Source: Macrostomum lignano
Taxonomy: Eukaryota
Direction of reading: 5' to 3'
Assembly: GCA_002269645.1 (NCBI GenBank)
Contig: NIVC01000521.1
Location: 1-64,000 of the forward strand
DNA: 64,000 nucleotides
A program made the translations under genes and the position numbers. This document shows positions 63,430 through 64,000 of this stretch, one piece after another (position 1 is the stretch's first letter; every line of letters starts with the position of its first letter). The notes under the pieces were generated by a model. The model saw only the letters and a program-made list of their open reading frames with translations. It was not told the DNA's origin and searched no databases.

Positions 63430-63900
63430 AGTTGAATTAGGTGTGACCAAAACAAGACGAGACGAATTTCGCAATAAAAAAATTAGACACGATACACTAC
63501 AAATTCAGTCAACTACAGCCTTCGAAGTAATTGCCGCCGTTTTCAAAGCCTCGCTTCCATCGCTGGTACCAGCTCCTGATGCAACCCCTGGAACTCCTCC
63601 TTCGTGAGCAGCCTTGTCACTCTGTCCTTGATGGACTCCAAATCTTCAACTCTTATTTAAGAAACCTAAAAAACTTCAAAAACTGGAAGCGCCCTGTATA
63701 CGTTGTTGCATTGTCGTGATGCAGCAACCAGGCATCATTATTCTCCAATTGTTCGCATCGAACCCGCCGAATCTTCAACATCAGCCTCTCAAGCACTTTG
63801 CACTTCATCTCCATCGACCTCACAAAGCAGCTGGAGGCATTCCGATGGCTTTCGCCGAGCTTCACTAAAAACTTGAGATTACCTCGCTACTCGTTCTTTA
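63430..63900 (-). mobile_element. Degenerate, internally deleted mariner transposon
   Basis: The minus strand encodes the mariner N-terminal KFLVKLGES, then VLERL..KIRRVR..WLLHHDNA and, after frameshifts, WYQRWKRGFENGGNYFEG. The 3' TIR-like end is TTTTGGTCACACCT. The YSPDLAP region is absent. Confidence 0.8.
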
Positions 63901-64000
63901 TTTTCTGACATAGCAGTGTGGCAGCTATAACGAAAAATGATTGAAACATTATGAAAATTAGATACTCGGACTCGTACTAGAAAAAAACTGCAAGAAACCA

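Overview
Eukaryotic (animal) genomic DNA. It has GC-rich, Ala/Gln-rich spliced exons, GT-AG introns filled with minisatellites, and TTAGGG repeats. The style suggests a free-living flatworm such as Macrostomum, but that is inference only. Left to right: ~8 kb of micro/minisatellites, then two tandem minus-strand class C GPCR genes. One is an apparently intact mGluR-like receptor with the mXR/Mangetout ligand-pocket signature (26495-16869); the other is a damaged mosaic paralog (~13690-8350). Next come three co-oriented minus-strand genes: the nuclear basket protein TPR (7 coding exons), an RNF217-like RBR E3 ligase, and a TRAF-like RING/zinc-finger gene with no MATH domain. The right end holds a plus-strand p24/TMED gene with a Tc1-like deletion derivative in an intron, an intronless orphan 7TM gene and a mariner remnant. 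Main observations: TPR and the RBR ligase both start at an AG acceptor followed by in-frame codons with no ATG (candidate spliced-leader-donated AUG, possible operon); the class C receptor has lost both residues that bind the glutamate gamma-carboxylate; the paralog pair shows patchwork identity; and nearly every larger intron holds its own minisatellite family. Exon boundaries were worked out by hand and are approximate where stated. No database searches were run.
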